From Tubulanus polymorphus (Eukaryota; Animalia; Nemertea): a stretch of 64,000 bases of DNA. Positions 1 to 13,404 of the stretch are shown here, in pieces. The stretch covers positions 1,099,355 to 1,163,354 of the forward strand of contig NC_134030.1 in NCBI RefSeq assembly GCF_964204645.1. Reading direction: 5' to 3'. Position 1 is the first letter of the stretch. Each line of letters starts with the position of its first letter. The position numbers and the translations under genes were made by a program. Under the pieces are notes generated by a model, which worked only from the letters and a program-made list of their open reading frames with translations, was not told the origin of the DNA and searched no databases.

Positions 1-1322
1 CGGTCCGGGCTACTCCGAGCACCGGTCCGGTCCAGGCCTCACTGGGTAATGAACATCTGGTCCGGTCCGGTCCAGGCATCACCAGATACTGAACATCCTG
101 TCCAGTCAGCTCCGTGCACCGGTCCGGTCCAGGCATCACCGGGTACTGAACATCTGGTCCGGTAGCTTCGAGAACTGGTCCGGTCTAGGCATCACCGGAT
201 ACTGAACATCCTGTCCGGTCAGCTCCGTGCACCGGTCCGGTCCAGGCATCACCGGATACTGAACATCTGGTCCGGTCAGCTTTGAGAACCGGTCCAGGCA
301 TCACTGGGTACTGAACATCTGGTCCGGTAGCTTCGAGAACTGGTCCGGTCCAGGCATCACTGGGTACTGAACATCTGGTCCGGTAGCTTCGAGAACTGGC
401 CTGGTCCAGGCATCACCGGGTACTGAACATCTGGTCCGGTCAGCTCTGTGCACCGGTCCGGTCCAGGCATCACCAGTTACTGGTCCGGTCCGGGCAGCTT
501 TGAGCACCAGTCCATTCCAGGCATCACTGAGTACTGAACATCCAGTCTGGTCCGGTCCAGGCAACACCGGGTACTGATCATCCAGTCCGGTCCGGTCCAG
601 GCATCACTGGGTACTGAACATCTGCTCCGGTAGCTTCGAGAACTGGTCCGGTCCAGGCATCACCGGGTACTGAACATCTGGTCCGGTAGCTTCGAGAACT
701 GGTCCGGTCCAGGCATCACCGGGTACTGAACATCTGGTCCGGTAGCTTCGAGAACTGGTCCGGTCCAGGCATCACCGGGTACTGAACATCTGGTCCGGTA
801 GCTTCGAGAACTGGTCCGGTCCAGGCATCACTGAGTACTGAACATCCAGTCTGGTCCGGTCCAGGCATCACCGGGTACTGATCATCCGGTCCGGTCCGGT
901 CCAGGCATCACCGGGTACTGAACATCCAGTCTGGTCCGGTCCAGGCATCACCAGTTACTGAACATCCAGTCCGGTCCGGTCCAGGCATCACTGGGTACTG
1001 AACATCCAGTCCGGTCCGGTCCAGGCATCACCGGGTTCTGATCATCCAGTCCGGTCCGGTCCAGGCATCACCGGGTACTGAACATCCAGTCCGGTCCGGT
1101 CCAGGCATCACTGGGTACTGAACATCCAGTCCGGTCCGGTCCAGGCATCACTGGGTACTGAACATCCACTCTGGTCCGGTCCAGGCATCACCGGGTACTG
1201 AACATCCAGTCTGGTCCGGTCCAGGCATCACTGGGTACTGAACATCCGGTCCGGTCCGGTCCGGTCCAGGCATCACCGGGTACTGAACATCCAGTCCGGT
1301 CCAGTCCAGGCATCACCGGGTA
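1..1322. repeat. GC-rich composite minisatellite (~39-56 bp, ccggtccaggcatcaccgggtactgaacat), continues 2525-2785
   Basis: Direct tandem repetition with 39-bp and 51-56-bp variants. Confidence 0.95.
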
Positions 1323-2524
1323 CGTCGCGGTGCTTGAAAAGCTTGAAATGGCTTGAATTTGAAAAATACTACTCAAGCGCTTGAAAACAGCTTGAAAATA
1401 GATCGAAAGCTTGAAATAATTATTTTTGACTTGAAATAAAAAGATATGGCTTGAAATGCTTGATTATCACAAATTTTCTTCTTCGCGAATTTTTTTCGAT
1501 GAAATCGCAGACAGAATATGTTCTTGAGTTGTTTCTACGCGTGCGTCATGTTTTAGGCATCAATAAAGAAATTAATTGAATTGTATTGAATCGCTATGAG
1601 ACTCTTGTGGTGAAACTCTACGGTGTCTGGAGACATGAACATACGGGGAAATTTCAGTCATGCATGTTATCGAGCATTGATGTAAAATGGCATTGAAATC
1701 CCACACCAGGAGTGAGAGCCATGTTGAAGGCACCGCGACCTAGTCAAAGTCATTGAACATTACAAATTTCGTATTAGGCCATCCAAAAATCAAGGTCTGT
1801 TTGCCGTCATCCGACCGACCCGACTTCAAAGGTACCCAGTGGAAACTTTTTTCTTGGATTCATTGAAATAAATTGTATTTTTGATACAAATGGCCGACCC
1901 ACTGCCGATGTATGAGCTATGTATGTTTGAAGTTAAGTGTGCATCATGTGAAAACATGCCTCGACTATTTACTTGAAGTTTTCCAGGAAACTGGCAGTGT
2001 TCCAATAAGCTGCCATTCATTCTAAAGCTGGTAATGTTATAGCGTGCATATATTCAATCTACTGTTTCATTTTGAACGCAGATTTCGGATGTTGTTTCCG
2101 CTAAAAGTGGTGATGATAAATTTGTTGTTTTTTTTGCCCCAAAATTTTGCAAAAAAAAAATGATGCTACCTTCCTACTGACTTATCCCAAAAATTTTAGT
2201 AGGTGTAACGGCAAAACAGACAATTAATTTGGGATGGCCAAATATCCAAATCTTGATTGATATGAATATTTAAGCTAGGAAATGCTGAAAATCATTGTGA
2301 TGAACAGGTTTCATCTCTAACAGAATCGTATCAACTCGGAGGTTCCACTGGAATCAAAATTTTACCTCTTTTTTAACATTTTTATACGAACCTGTTCAAA
2401 ATAGGCAAATTGGCTGCGACTAACGAAAATTGCTTCCAACGTGCCTTAAAAAATAGCTTGAAAATGGTATAAATCTAGCTTGAAATGGCTTGAATTTCAC
2501 CTGAGCTTGAGACAATGAACCCTG
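1323..2524. mobile_element. Same hAT5-like element, copy A, left TIR deleted
   Basis: Right end GAACCCTG|CTGAA is intact. The left junction reads gggta-cgtcgcgg, with 12 bp missing relative to copy B. Confidence 0.78.
1777..2239. mobile_element. MITE nested in the hAT5-like element (copy B 36197-36656)
   Basis: Imperfect TIRs GGCCATCCAAAAAT..TCTGTTTGCCGT / ACGGCAAAACAGAC..ATTTGGGATGGCC. Confidence 0.7.
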
Positions 2525-2935
2525 CTGAACATCTGGTCCGGTCAGCTTCCAGCACCGGTCCGGTCCAGGCATCACCGGTTACTGAACATCCGGTCCGGTC
2601 AGCTTCCAGCACCGGTCCGGTCCAGGCATCACCGGTTACTGGTCCGGTCCGGGCAGCTTTGAGCACCGGTCCGGTCCAGGCATCACTGAGTACTGAACAT
2701 CCAGTCCGGTCCGGTCAGCTCCGAGCACCGGTTCAGGCATCACCAGGTACTGAACATCTGGTCTGGTCCGGGCGGCCTGGCATCAATGTTTCGAATTTAA
2801 AACATAGTTATCATGGTTCTAGGTTTGGTAGAGGGCGCTCTTCTACCAGATGCAGGAGCGAGGTCACCTTCACGGAGATCGAGATCGAGGGATTATGATT
2901 GATTCTGTAGGAACCATCATCATTCATCAGTTCAG

Positions 2936-3028
2936 GTCGAGGGACCGTTTAGGAAGTTCACGTCTTTCACGTCGAGGGACCGTTTAGGAAGTTCACGTCT
3001 TTCACGTCGAGGGACCGTTAAGGAAGTC
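2936..3028. repeat. 35-bp tandem repeat (~2.7 units; ~5.7 units at 37352-37548)
   Basis: gtcgagggaccgtttaggaagttcacgtctttcac. Confidence 0.92.
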
Positions 3029-3090
3029 GTCACAATAATCAGGATTTCCGCGATTTCGAAAGTAAGATTTTAAACTTGTTATTGTCATTG

Positions 3091-3860
3091 TAAGCTACCG
3101 CAGTTACAGGTAAGCCTATTCTTGATTGCCCGAGACAGGCGTGCATATATTGTTCCCGACTTAAGTTTTTGGTTGATTTTCTTGTGACTTGTTTGTTTTA
3201 GGGGTGAGATGGATGAGCCTTATTGTTTTTTGACATATATAGGTCATCCAAGATGGCCGCCACAGCCATTTCAATGTGTGAAATAGCCATTTTGAAGCTT
3301 GTGACAACTCTACAATCTACAGTTTCAGACCAATTTACCAATTACTTATTCTGTGGTTTCATAATGGTAAGAGGATGAGCCTTATTGTTTTTTGACATAT
3401 ATAGGTCATCCAAGATGGCCGCCACAGCCATTTCAATGTGTAAAATAGCCATTTTGAAGCTTGTGACAACTCTACAATCTACAGTTTCAGACCAATTTAC
3501 CAATTACTTATTCTGTGGTTTCATAATGGTAAGAGGATGAGCCTTATTGTTTTTGACATATATAGGTCATCCAAGATGGCCGCCACAGCCATTTCAATGT
3601 GTGAAATAGCCATTTTGAAGCTTGTTACCGCTCTACGGACTTAAGTTTTAAGCTTAAGACTTAAGATGGCCACCACAGTTATATCAATGTGTTAAATCTT
3701 ATCCGATTTGGAGCTTGTTACTGCTCTAAGATGTAGAGGTTTAGAGGTTTATAATTTCATTCATACTTGTACTGTGGTTTATTTATGGTGGTCAGAGGAT
3801 GAGACCTATTACAATTTGCATTCTCTACTTGACTCACTGGTCAAGGGTTAATATCTAGTT
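3091..3860 (+). mobile_element. Helentron/HINE-like non-autonomous element with ~151-bp internal tandem repeats (copy B 37612-38380)
   Basis: About 3 x 151-bp units containing caagatggccgcc..gccattttg. The 3' end is CTAGTT in a T-rich context. The family call is from architecture only. Confidence 0.55.
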
Positions 3861-4329
3861 TGATAAATGTGGAGCATGTCGGTGAATCATCCCCCCCCCC
3901 CCGGACTCTGATCTCAATGTCTGATGTCAATCGTCAGCAGTTTCAATGGAATAGGCTCGATTAGGTGTGGAACAAGTGGAATCCTCGATTGCCACAGTCG
4001 AACCTAGAGTATTAAGAGCTCAATTAGGTTCTTCTTTGCGTCTCTTCTCCAGTTGGAGTGCTCCAGTTTCCACCGAATGGAGGAAGATTCGAGATGTGCA
4101 GATTCAAGTCCACCATGCGGACTCCGGCTCCGGCTCCGGCAGCTCAAGGTTCAGCCCGAACTCACACAATGCCATCTCAAGCATCCGTACTTTCTCAAGC
4201 GGCTACTAATGCTGTTTGGAGAACAAGTGCACAGCTCCAACATTCTCGTGCCCCTTCTGGTCAGAATAATTCTAGTTCATATCGGGGAATGCTCCTAAAA
4301 GGAGCTCTTCCTCTCGGAGAAACTCAAAA

Positions 4330-5265
4330 TGAATGCTCGGGGCCAGTGAGAGGTTGTCTATAACGAGCAGCCACCTACTGATCCGGCGTTCCCGGGTCGT
4401 ATCACGGCGGCTACTGTCTTCAATTCTGAACACCTCCCGACATGCGCCCGAAAGCAGGTCACGAGACACTAATCTCGTCAGCTCTCAAAGATCTGGCCAA
4501 AAAGAGAGCAATAGAACCAGTACGGGACGAAGCCACATCCGGCTGGTTTTCATGAATATTTATGCTCCTGAAAACCACAGGGCGTCGATGGACTGTCATT
4601 CCTCGAGCGGCACCTGGATATCCCGAGGCTTCCGATGACTAAAACAGGGAGGTAATTCAAGGTCTCCGCCGAGGTTAATGGGCGGCTTCATTGGACCTGA
4701 AAGATGTCAGGTTCCTATTCACCCAAAATCTCATCAATTTCACAGAATGAAGTGGAAACGCCGCCAGTTCCAGTTCAGGTCTCTTCCAGTCGGCCTCAGT
4801 ACAGCCCACGCCCTGGGTATTTACCAGCTTGGGTCAAGTCCAGAAGGTACATTACACTCCAGGGCTGGGTTTCATAGATATGGAAGAAAAATAATTCCAG
4901 GGAACATTTTGAAATTTGTCAGTTATAACCATGGTTTCTCATTGTTAGTATGGTGGTTGAGGATTTATCCCTTTGGATAACTTTGATACTCAGTCTATGA
5001 AACCGGGTCCTGGAGTATTTGTCTGTTGGTTTACCTCGACGACTGGTTACTAGTACCAAACTCGACTATAGAATGTCAGGAGGCGGTGACCGCTGTCGAC
5101 CGCTGTCGTAGACTTAGTTCACCAGTTCCGCGTAAACTAAGTAAAATCTCACTTGATGCCGTCCCAACAGTTCACATCTCCGGATCAGCACGGTCTTTCC
5201 GTCCATGGCTCGAGTAGCCAAACTTCAAGAAGCGTAGTTACCACAAACGAGAGGACAGCTAGTTA
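4330..5265 (+). mobile_element. Degenerate DIRS-type reverse transcriptase, copy A
   Basis: ASLDLKD (4686), QVPIHPKS..FQFRSLPVGLSTA, VYLDDWLL (5029), with stops and frameshifts. Confidence 0.87.
4860..5012. mobile_element. MITE inserted in the DIRS RT (copy B 39384-39536)
   Basis: TIRs CAGGGCTGGGTTTCATAGA / TCTATGAAACCGGGTCCTG, lying between the LPVGLSTA and YLDD motifs. Confidence 0.72.
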
Positions 5266-5659
5266 TCGGTGACGCCTGTGGCTAAATGCAATACCGCACT
5301 GCCAGGGGTCGTATCTCTGGCTATCTACACATTCAGAGAATATTAACTAAAACCATAGGAAAGGGTCAAGCACTACTCCGAAAAAAAACTAATTTTATTT
5401 CCAAAAAATTATGATATTATATGGATTGCATGCTGTGTGGAAGAAGTTTTCAAAATTATTTAGGAGCTTATTATAATTTGAATGCATGAATTGAGAGCAA
5501 TTTGAAATGTGTTGATATCCGAAAGTGTCTCCATTGACTTCACTCATTCACCTGATGAAGCTTCTATACATTAGTACCCAAAGCTTGTGTGTCAAATAAA
5601 CTAGTTACACGTCCTATAAAGTACTACTTGTCTCGTTATATATTCTAAACCCCAGTTAA

Positions 5660-7410
5660 CAATTCCAGTAAGTCAGGTTTAGGGAATAGATATCTAAACC
5701 TTGAGATGATACCGATGTGATACAATTCCAGTAAGTCAGGTTTAGGGAATAGATATTTAAACCTTGAGATGATACCGATGTGATACAATTCCAGTAAGTC
5801 AAGTTTAGGGAATAGATATTTAAACCTTGAGATGAAACCGATGTGATACAATTCCAGTAAGTCAGGTTTAGGGAATAGATATTTAAACCTTGAGATGATA
5901 CCGATGTGATACAATTCCAGTAAGTCAGGTTTAGGGAATAGATATTTAAACCTTGAGATGATACCGATGTGATACAATTCCAGTAAGTCAGGTTTAGGGA
6001 ATAGATATTTAAACCTTGAGATGATACCGATGTAATACAATTCCAGTAAGTCAGGTTTAGGGAATAGATATTTAAACCTTCAGATGAAACCGATGTAATA
6101 CAATTCCAGTAAGTCAGGTTTAGGGAATAGATATTTAAACCTTCAGATGATACCGATGTAATACAATTCCAGTAAGTCAGGTTTAGGGAATAGATATTTA
6201 AACCTTCAGATGAAACCGATGTGATACAATTCCAGTAAGTCAGGTTTAGGGAATAGATATTTAAACCTTCAGATGATACCGATGTAATACAATCCCAGTA
6301 AGTCAGGTTTAGGGAATAGATATTTAAACCTTCAGATGATACCGATGTAATACAATTCCAGTAAGTCAGGTTTAGGGAATAGATATTTAAACCTTGAGAT
6401 GAAACCGATGTGATACAATTCCAGTAATTCAGGTTTAGGGAATAGATATTTAAACCTTGAGATGATACCGATGTGATACAATTCCAGTAATTCAGGTTTA
6501 GGGAATAGATATTTAAACCTTGAGATGATACCGATGTGATACAATTCCAGTAAGTCAGGTTTAGGGAATAGATATTTAAACCTTGAGATGATACCGATGT
6601 GATACAATTCCAGTAATTCAGGTTTAGGGAATAGATATTTAAACCTTGAGATGATACCGATGTGATACAATTCCAGTAAGTCAGGTTTAGGGAATAGATA
6701 TTTAAACCTTCAGATGATACCGATGTGATACAATCCCAGTAAGTCAGGTTTAGGGAATAGATTTTTAAACCTTCAGATGATACCGATGTAATACAATTCC
6801 AGTAAGTCAGGTTTAGGGAATAGATATTTAAACCTTCAGATGAAACCGATGTGATACAATTCCAGTAAGTCAGGTTTAGGGAATAGATATTTAAACCTTC
6901 AGATGATACCGATGTGATACAATTCCAGTAAGTCAGGTTTAGGGAATAGATATTTAAACCTTCAGATGATACCGATGTGATACAATTCCAGTAAGTCAGG
7001 TTTAGGGAATAGATATTTAAACCTTCAGATGATACCGATGTAATACAATTCCAGTAAGTCAGGTTTAGGGAATAGATATTTAAACCTTGAGATGATACCG
7101 ATGTTATACAATTCCAGTAAGTCAGGTTTAGGGAATAGATATTTAAACCTTGAGATGATACCGATGTTATACAATTCCAGTAAGTCAGGTTTAGGGAATA
7201 GATATTTAAACCTTCAGATGAAACCGATGTGATACAATCCCAGTAAGTCAGGTTTAGGGAATAGATATTTAAACCTTGAGATGAAACCGATGTGATACAA
7301 TTCCAGTAAGTCAGGTTTAGGGAATAGATATTTAAACCTTCAGATGATACCGATGTAATACAATTCCGGTAAGTCAGGTTTGATATTTAAACCTTGAGAT
7401 GATACCGATG
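5660..7410. repeat. 63-bp satellite, ~28 units
   Basis: acaattccagtaagtcaggtttagggaatagatatttaaaccttgagatgataccgatgtgat. Confidence 0.97.
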
Positions 7411-7508
7411 AATTTAGCAATTTTGAATGAATTAAACCAATATGAGATTTCGATCCTAAGAATATTGGAAGCTTGTGTTTAACGTTACTAAATATTAATA
7501 TTATATAA

Positions 7509-7714
7509 AGCTAGAAGGACACGAGCGTATCCATTTTTCGCCCGATCGCGACGATTAAATTCGCCGGTGAATTTATACGCCCGATACGAGCGGGTACCGA
7601 TCTATCTATAAATCGGCCGTCACGGTGATTTCGTCGCCCGCCGACATTAAACATGTTCGATATTTACGCCGGTGTTCGGGTCACTTGTTAATTCGCTCGT
7701 CTTGTCGGCAAGCT
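7509..7714. mobile_element. PIF/Harbinger-like MITE (copy B 41402-41607)
   Basis: TAA|AGCT..GACACGAGCG ... CGCTCGTCTTGTC..AGCT|TAA; imperfect TIRs with TAA TSD; CpG-rich. Confidence 0.6.
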
Positions 7715-7865
7715 TAAAAAGATTTAGAAAAAACTAGAAATTCTCATTCCTGAATGAACTGGATTCATCTGGGTTCAGTTTCATGAGACACAGTTCAAAC
7801 TGCTCTTGAATTTGAGTTTGTAATTAATGTATGTGATTATAATGAATTGTATTTTTGTTTTACAG

Positions 7866-10800
7866 CTTTGGCATTTCGGTTAAGTCGTGCGTTCCGGCGG
7901 GAGGAGTTCGTCAGAATATTTCTACCGGAGTGTAAGTAGTTTCATACAATATCATTTAGTGTGACGTGTGTTACTGATTCAGGCACGGATCCAGGAATGT
8001 TTCCAAGACGGGGTTCATAAAAATGCTGACTAAAATCTCTAATAATAGCCGGGGCCTATACGGCATATTTTTTGGCCAAACATAAGGCCTTTTTTTAATA
8101 GCATGGTTTGGTTGCTCCCAAAATTTGAAGAAACATAAAATAAAAAAGAATTAGAAAAAAAATTTTTTATTCCTGTCTGTGAAACAAATTCAGTGAAAAA
8201 CCGAGCAAAAAAGATTTTTCACCTCGGCCGAATGAGAATCCTGGATTGAACGATGAAACAATTGAAAAACGCGAGGTTCTTTTTTGATCGCAGTGTGCAG
8301 AATTCAAACTTTCCAAGAATCATTTGTTCGGACATATGTATATTGCCCTATTGACAGTTCCCTCTTCCTTCTAAAAGTGATTTTATCTCACTGAGGGAAT
8401 TTTTAAAAAATTTTCTCTGAAATGATATGGTAGCGTTTTTTTTTTTGCTTTAAAAATTTTTTGGTAGCCGATCAGCGGGGTCACGACCCCTGAAACCCTC
8501 CCTGGATCCGCGCCTATGATATCTCCTCAAAATCTAATAAAAACTTTCAATGAATTAATGCTGTAATGACGATATGTAGCCATCTGTCTATTTGAATGCA
8601 TTTGCAAAAAGACAAAAAGAAATAGTAGCAGAATTTTGGCTAAAAGTTTAGAATACCCAAATTCAACATTGCTTGCAGCAGACGGAATTTCCGCCATTTT
8701 GGTTAACAGGGGATTCCCCCCTCCGGTACTTCCCATGATCAATAGTGTCTATGACGCGTTGCGTACGGAATGCCATGGAATTCCCTCACATGATTTATGA
8801 TAATAATGTTTACTTGCATTCTGATTGGTTAAAATCGCGTGTAGTTTGAACGTAGGCAATGTTTACATTTGTAACGTCACCGGCGAGTCGCTGACATTAA
8901 CGTAGTCATTGAGTTAACATTATCTTGCACTGAATGGTGATATCAATCGCATTCATTTTATAAATATTTTGAATATGAATTTGTTTTTATATATCAACTG
9001 CGAGTAACAGTGTTACGCTATTGAGTCTTAAGAGACAGCCTTTATGGACCTTATTGGTTGTTATAACTCACAAGCTGACTGAGTTAGCATTCTGGATCCG
9101 TCAGATTAGTTACTTCTAGAAAATATGTTAGTCACATTTTCTGACTATATTCTGGAAAACAGTGGAAGCTTGTATCCACCCTAGATTAGAACCAATCAGA
9201 ATAGAACCAATCAGAATACACTATTTTACAGAAAATGTATTTATGACAATTGCGTAAGGTTTTAGTAAAATAGTGTTTTTTCTCGAGTAGTTGCCGAAGA
9301 AGCATCAAAATTTGATTCAATTTCATTCAGATTTAAACAAACAAATCGAATTTCATTTCATTCAGCGCAAACTTCAAATCTAATTAAAATTTTGTTCAGT
9401 ATGAATAAGTTGCAAATCATTGAGAGGAAAAAATAATTAATTGTGTTACTTAAAAAAATCACAATTGTACTGTGTTTATCAAAACAGGAGACCACAGGAC
9501 CTTTGGTCCTCTAGTATTCTTTTCCTAGTTATTCCAAAAACACTAAAACAGTCCAATCAGCGATCGCTGCCAGACCAACACGATTACATTGAAATCAAAC
9601 TTAAGTAACATCAGGCGCCCCCTGTTGGAATAATATTCATAGCCGTAGCATCGAAACCATTCGACTTGTTGTTTAATGTATTTCTCTCTATTTTTATTTT
9701 ACAGTGATGAACATTTTAGAAGAATGTCCGTTTGGGGACTTGGTGGGGGAATTCAAAAGAAACTTGGTTCCCGATAGGATACCACCACCGGTTAATCCTA
9801 TGTCGCCCGCTGCTGCCCCTCCCCCACGTCCATTAAATTCGCCTCAGCAGCGGCCTGTCAGACAGCCGCCCCCGGCCGCCACTCGTTCGTCAGACAGAGT
9901 CCGGGGACGGCTGTTTGAAGGAGATCTGACGGAGGTAAGAATCTTTATTTGTTTTCATATTTTATTCAGGATATCAGTTGAAGTTCAGCAAATAAATTAC
10001 CAGACCTGTAAACAGAAGAGTAGTCATAAATTTCCATTTGCGGGTAAAACCCCATAGTCGAAAACCTTCGGTTATTGATCTATATCTGCTTAAGACCAAT
10101 GGTTGTACACACGAGTGCGAAAACTTATCGCTCAAACTTTGATTGTATCCATGGTAACGCGTACAGTATACTATGCGTGACTTACCGTTTCCTATCACTG
10201 GAATACAATACTGTTTTAGACCATGAGCGCCATCTGTGGCGGTCATAACGGACTGAGTGGTGATTGGCTGAAATGCTCGTCTTCCGTGGTGACGATTATT
10301 CGGTGTTACACGTGCAGCAGACACGTCTCTGAATATCTAACATTTGATTGTTGTAACTCATCGGGAAAAATATGTTTATGAGTCGATTTTTTGTCGAAAT
10401 TTTGTTCGGCAGAAAATTGGCTGCGTACGTCAAGAAGGCGGCTGATATTTGTATCGTGTGACCCCTCGTCCCGGTAATATGCCGACCCACGTACACCTGA
10501 GACCAGTTGCATAGTCAGAGCTTAGAATTAAGACCGTTCTAAGACCAACTTAGTTCTATAGCCAATCTAATAACTTAAGACCAGTCTTTAGATTTAAGAC
10601 CACTTTTGGACTTAAGTCTTGACCATGGAATCGGCCCCAGATGCTTATTCCGCTGTATTGGATGCTGACGTGCTCGTGTCTTCCAGCAATGTTGTTATTC
10701 ACCAAAAATATCATGTTTTGTTCGAATAACACGATTCATCTGAGTCTGGGTTTAACGGATGACACGTTCAAACAGAACTACGAAATCAATATCAGAAGTC

Positions 10801-11461
10801 CTTTTATATTGAAACGGTCCCAGAAGTCCCTGTTATAATGGGTACTTTTTCAAAAAAAGTAACGAGAACTCCGATGGCTTCCCGTATCGGTAAAAACTAA
10901 CTATTTCTATGAGCGTCACTCGTAGATTTACCGAAACGCCACCTTGTGACACGATATCCTAACTACGTATAGGTGTTTTATTTGCTGAATCGCTGGTTTC
11001 TCATTCTCATTTTTTAAACTTGTGTTTAATTTTATACTAAACAAATTTTTCACTTTTTCTCTTTACAGACACGACCACCGCCAAAAAAAACTAGAACAAA
11101 AAGGAAAAGAAAAGTTGCGGTCATCGTGGCTCCGCAGGGAGGAGGAGCAAGAGTGGTCCCGGCGGATGGTGCGGCTGAAGAAGGTAATCGGGAGGAAGGG
11201 GAGGGGATAAATAGGAAGCGGCCGAGGAGGGATGGTGGTGGGGCTGGGGATGGTGCGGGTCCTGCTCCTCCTGCTCCTCCATCCGTATCTCGGGCGGTCA
11301 CTCGTTCACTCGCCAAAAAGCTGGCGAGTGAACGAGTGGCCCGAGAGGTAGAGGTGGTGGCCCGACATACGGATGGAATGTGGGAGGAGCGGCTTCGTTC
11401 GGGGACAATTCCGGATTTGTTAACTGATTTAAAAAATATTCTTTCAGTGAAGGGATATTAG
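7866..11461 (+). CDS. Last three coding exons of the upstream copy of the same gene (5' part outside window)
   Basis: join(7866-7931,9705-9934,11069-11461) with intact AG/GT sites and open frame. Differs from the complete copy by M/I (exon 9705), I/V and one synonymous AGA/AGG (last exon). Confidence 0.83.
7980..8517. mobile_element. hAT-like MITE (copy B ~41882-42419)
   Basis: Ends AGGCACGGATCCAGG / CCTGGATCCGCGCCT. Confidence 0.7.
10497..10640. mobile_element. Short palindromic MITE (copy B 44399-44542)
   Basis: CTGAGACCAGTTGCATAGTC / GACCATGGAATCGGCCCCAG imperfect TIRs, internal TTAAGAC repeats. Confidence 0.6.
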
Positions 11462-12109
11462 GTGCCTTGAACGCATGAGTCGTTCATGCGCGCCTAATAT
11501 GCCTTCACTGAAAAAAATCAACTATAACATGTACCACATATTTTTTGATTTAATTTTAGTCCAATTCCACAATTATTTCGGCTTACAATAGTGTCTTCAA
11601 TTCTTTAAAGCCCAAAGCACCTTTTTGACTCAACATCCAGTATGAAGGTGGCCGGGAATCGGGCCTGTTTTCTTCCATTTTTGTATCCCGCCCAGCATAC
11701 TGGTTGTTGACTCGAAAAGGTGCTCGCTCTGGGAGCTTATCAAAGGCAGGTGATGGGAAAGGTGCCATCACACACTCTCCTTTGATAAGTTTCCTAGAGT
11801 GTCACGGGCTTTAACGGGTTGAATTCACTATAATACCAATTTTCCAAAATCAATTTAATTTCTTTCAGGCCATTCTTTTTCCATGTTTTTCTGGTACATG
11901 TTATGGTTGATTTCCATTTTCGAAAATCCGGAATTGAAGCCGTTCGAAGTCAGGGGGATGGTGGTGGGGTTGGGTTAGTTTAGGGTTCCTCTCTGATTAC
12001 CTTCTTTAGCTCATCATCCGTGCAGGTGGCGCTTGCTCTTCTAGCCGGTGTTCCCTGGGGTAAACATTTTAAATTTAAAAAATCAAAAATAAAAAAAAAT
12101 TATAAAATC

Positions 12110-12570
12110 TTTAAAAATCTCATCTCATTTCATCCAATTTATTTATTTGCGGGTGCGATGCCTATCGCACCCATTCATGTCATCCATCAAAAAAAAAATT
12201 AAAACTAAAAACGAAAAAAAATATAAAAATTTAAAAAATCTCATCTCATTTCATCCAATTTATTTGCGGGTGCGATTCCTATCGCACCCATTCATGTCAT
12301 TCATCCAAAAAAAATAAAAAACTAAAAACGAAAAAAAAATATAAAAATTAAAAAAATCTCATCTCATTTCATCCAATTTATTTATTTGCGGGTGCGATTC
12401 CTATCGCACCCATTCATGTCATTCATCCAAAAAAAAATAAAAAACTAAAAACGAAAAAAAAATATTAAAATTAAAAAATCTCATCTCATTTCATCCAATT
12501 TATTTATTTGCGGGTGCGATTCCTATCGCACCCATTCATGTCATTCATCCAAAAAAAATTTAAAAACTAG
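12110..12570. repeat. ~118-bp tandem repeat with GGGTGCGAT-N-ATCGCACCC hairpin, 4 units (5 units at 46012-46600)
   Basis: Direct repeats separated by A-rich spacers. Confidence 0.92.
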
Positions 12571-12825
12571 AAATTAAAGTTCTAAGTTTGTTGTTAGATT
12601 CTATTGAAAGAACGTTGTAAAGTTCTTAATTTGTCGTAAAAAACGTTTGAAAAAAAGAACTTCTTAAAGTTCTCAATCTGCCGTAAAATGCAATTGAAAA
12701 GATTATAACTCACATGAAAATTAAAAAGATAAAATAATTGATAAATAATCATTAATAAAAATTGAACTTTGGTCTCGCAATGTTTCCCCGTTATGCATTT
12801 TTTACTCGTCGTCAAACATCGGCAG

Positions 12826-13404
12826 CTCATCGTCGATACTCGCAGCTCGATACACACCAGCAGCTTGTCGTCGATACACACCAGCAGCTCGATACACACC
12901 AGCAGCTTGTCGTCGATACTCACCAGCATCTCGATTCACACCAGCAGTTCGTCGTTGATACACACCAGCAGTTCGTCGTCGATACACACCAGCAGTTCGT
13001 CATCGATACACACCAGCAGTTCGTCGTCGATACACACCAGCAGCTCGATACACACCAGCAGTTCGTCATCTATACACACCAGCAGTTTGTCGTCGATACA
13101 CACCAGCAGTTCGTCGTCGATACACACCAGCAGTTCGTCGTCGATACACACCAGCAGTTCGTCGTCGATACACACCAGCAGCTCGATACTCAGCAGTAGT
13201 TTGATACACACCAGCAGCTCGTCGATACACACCAGCAGTTCGTCGTCGATACACACCAGCAGCTCGTCGTCGATACACACCAGCCGCTTGATACTCACAG
13301 CTCGATACACACCAGCAGCTCGTCGATACACACCAGCAGCTCGATACTCACCAGCAGCTCGATACACACCAGCAGCTCGTCGTCGATACACACCAGCAGC
13401 TTGA
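12826..13404. repeat. 18/21/24-bp minisatellite (cgtcgtcgatacacaccagcagtt); copy B 46854-47366
   Basis: Direct tandem repetition; accounts for the DTHQQ/IHTSSS ORFs. Confidence 0.95.

Noticed and set aside
301-2898. ORFs within the ccggt minisatellite as host genes
   Set aside because: Repeat-derived and variable between copies; better explained as decayed DIRS gag and satellite.
5645-6670. Minus-strand ORFs of repeated YHIGIISRFKYLFPKPDLLEL (also 40168-40878)
   Set aside because: By-product of a 63-bp satellite; a common unit variant (cttcag) introduces TGA, and ORF extents differ between copies.
9935-10057. ORF-track extension VRIFICFH... after FEGDLTE
   Set aside because: It runs past a strong GTAAGA donor into intron; the spliced frame continues at 11069.
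12762-13404. DTHQQ / IHTSSS / LLVCIDDE repeat ORFs
   Set aside because: Unit lengths are multiples of 3 and frames are open on both strands; no splice or start support.
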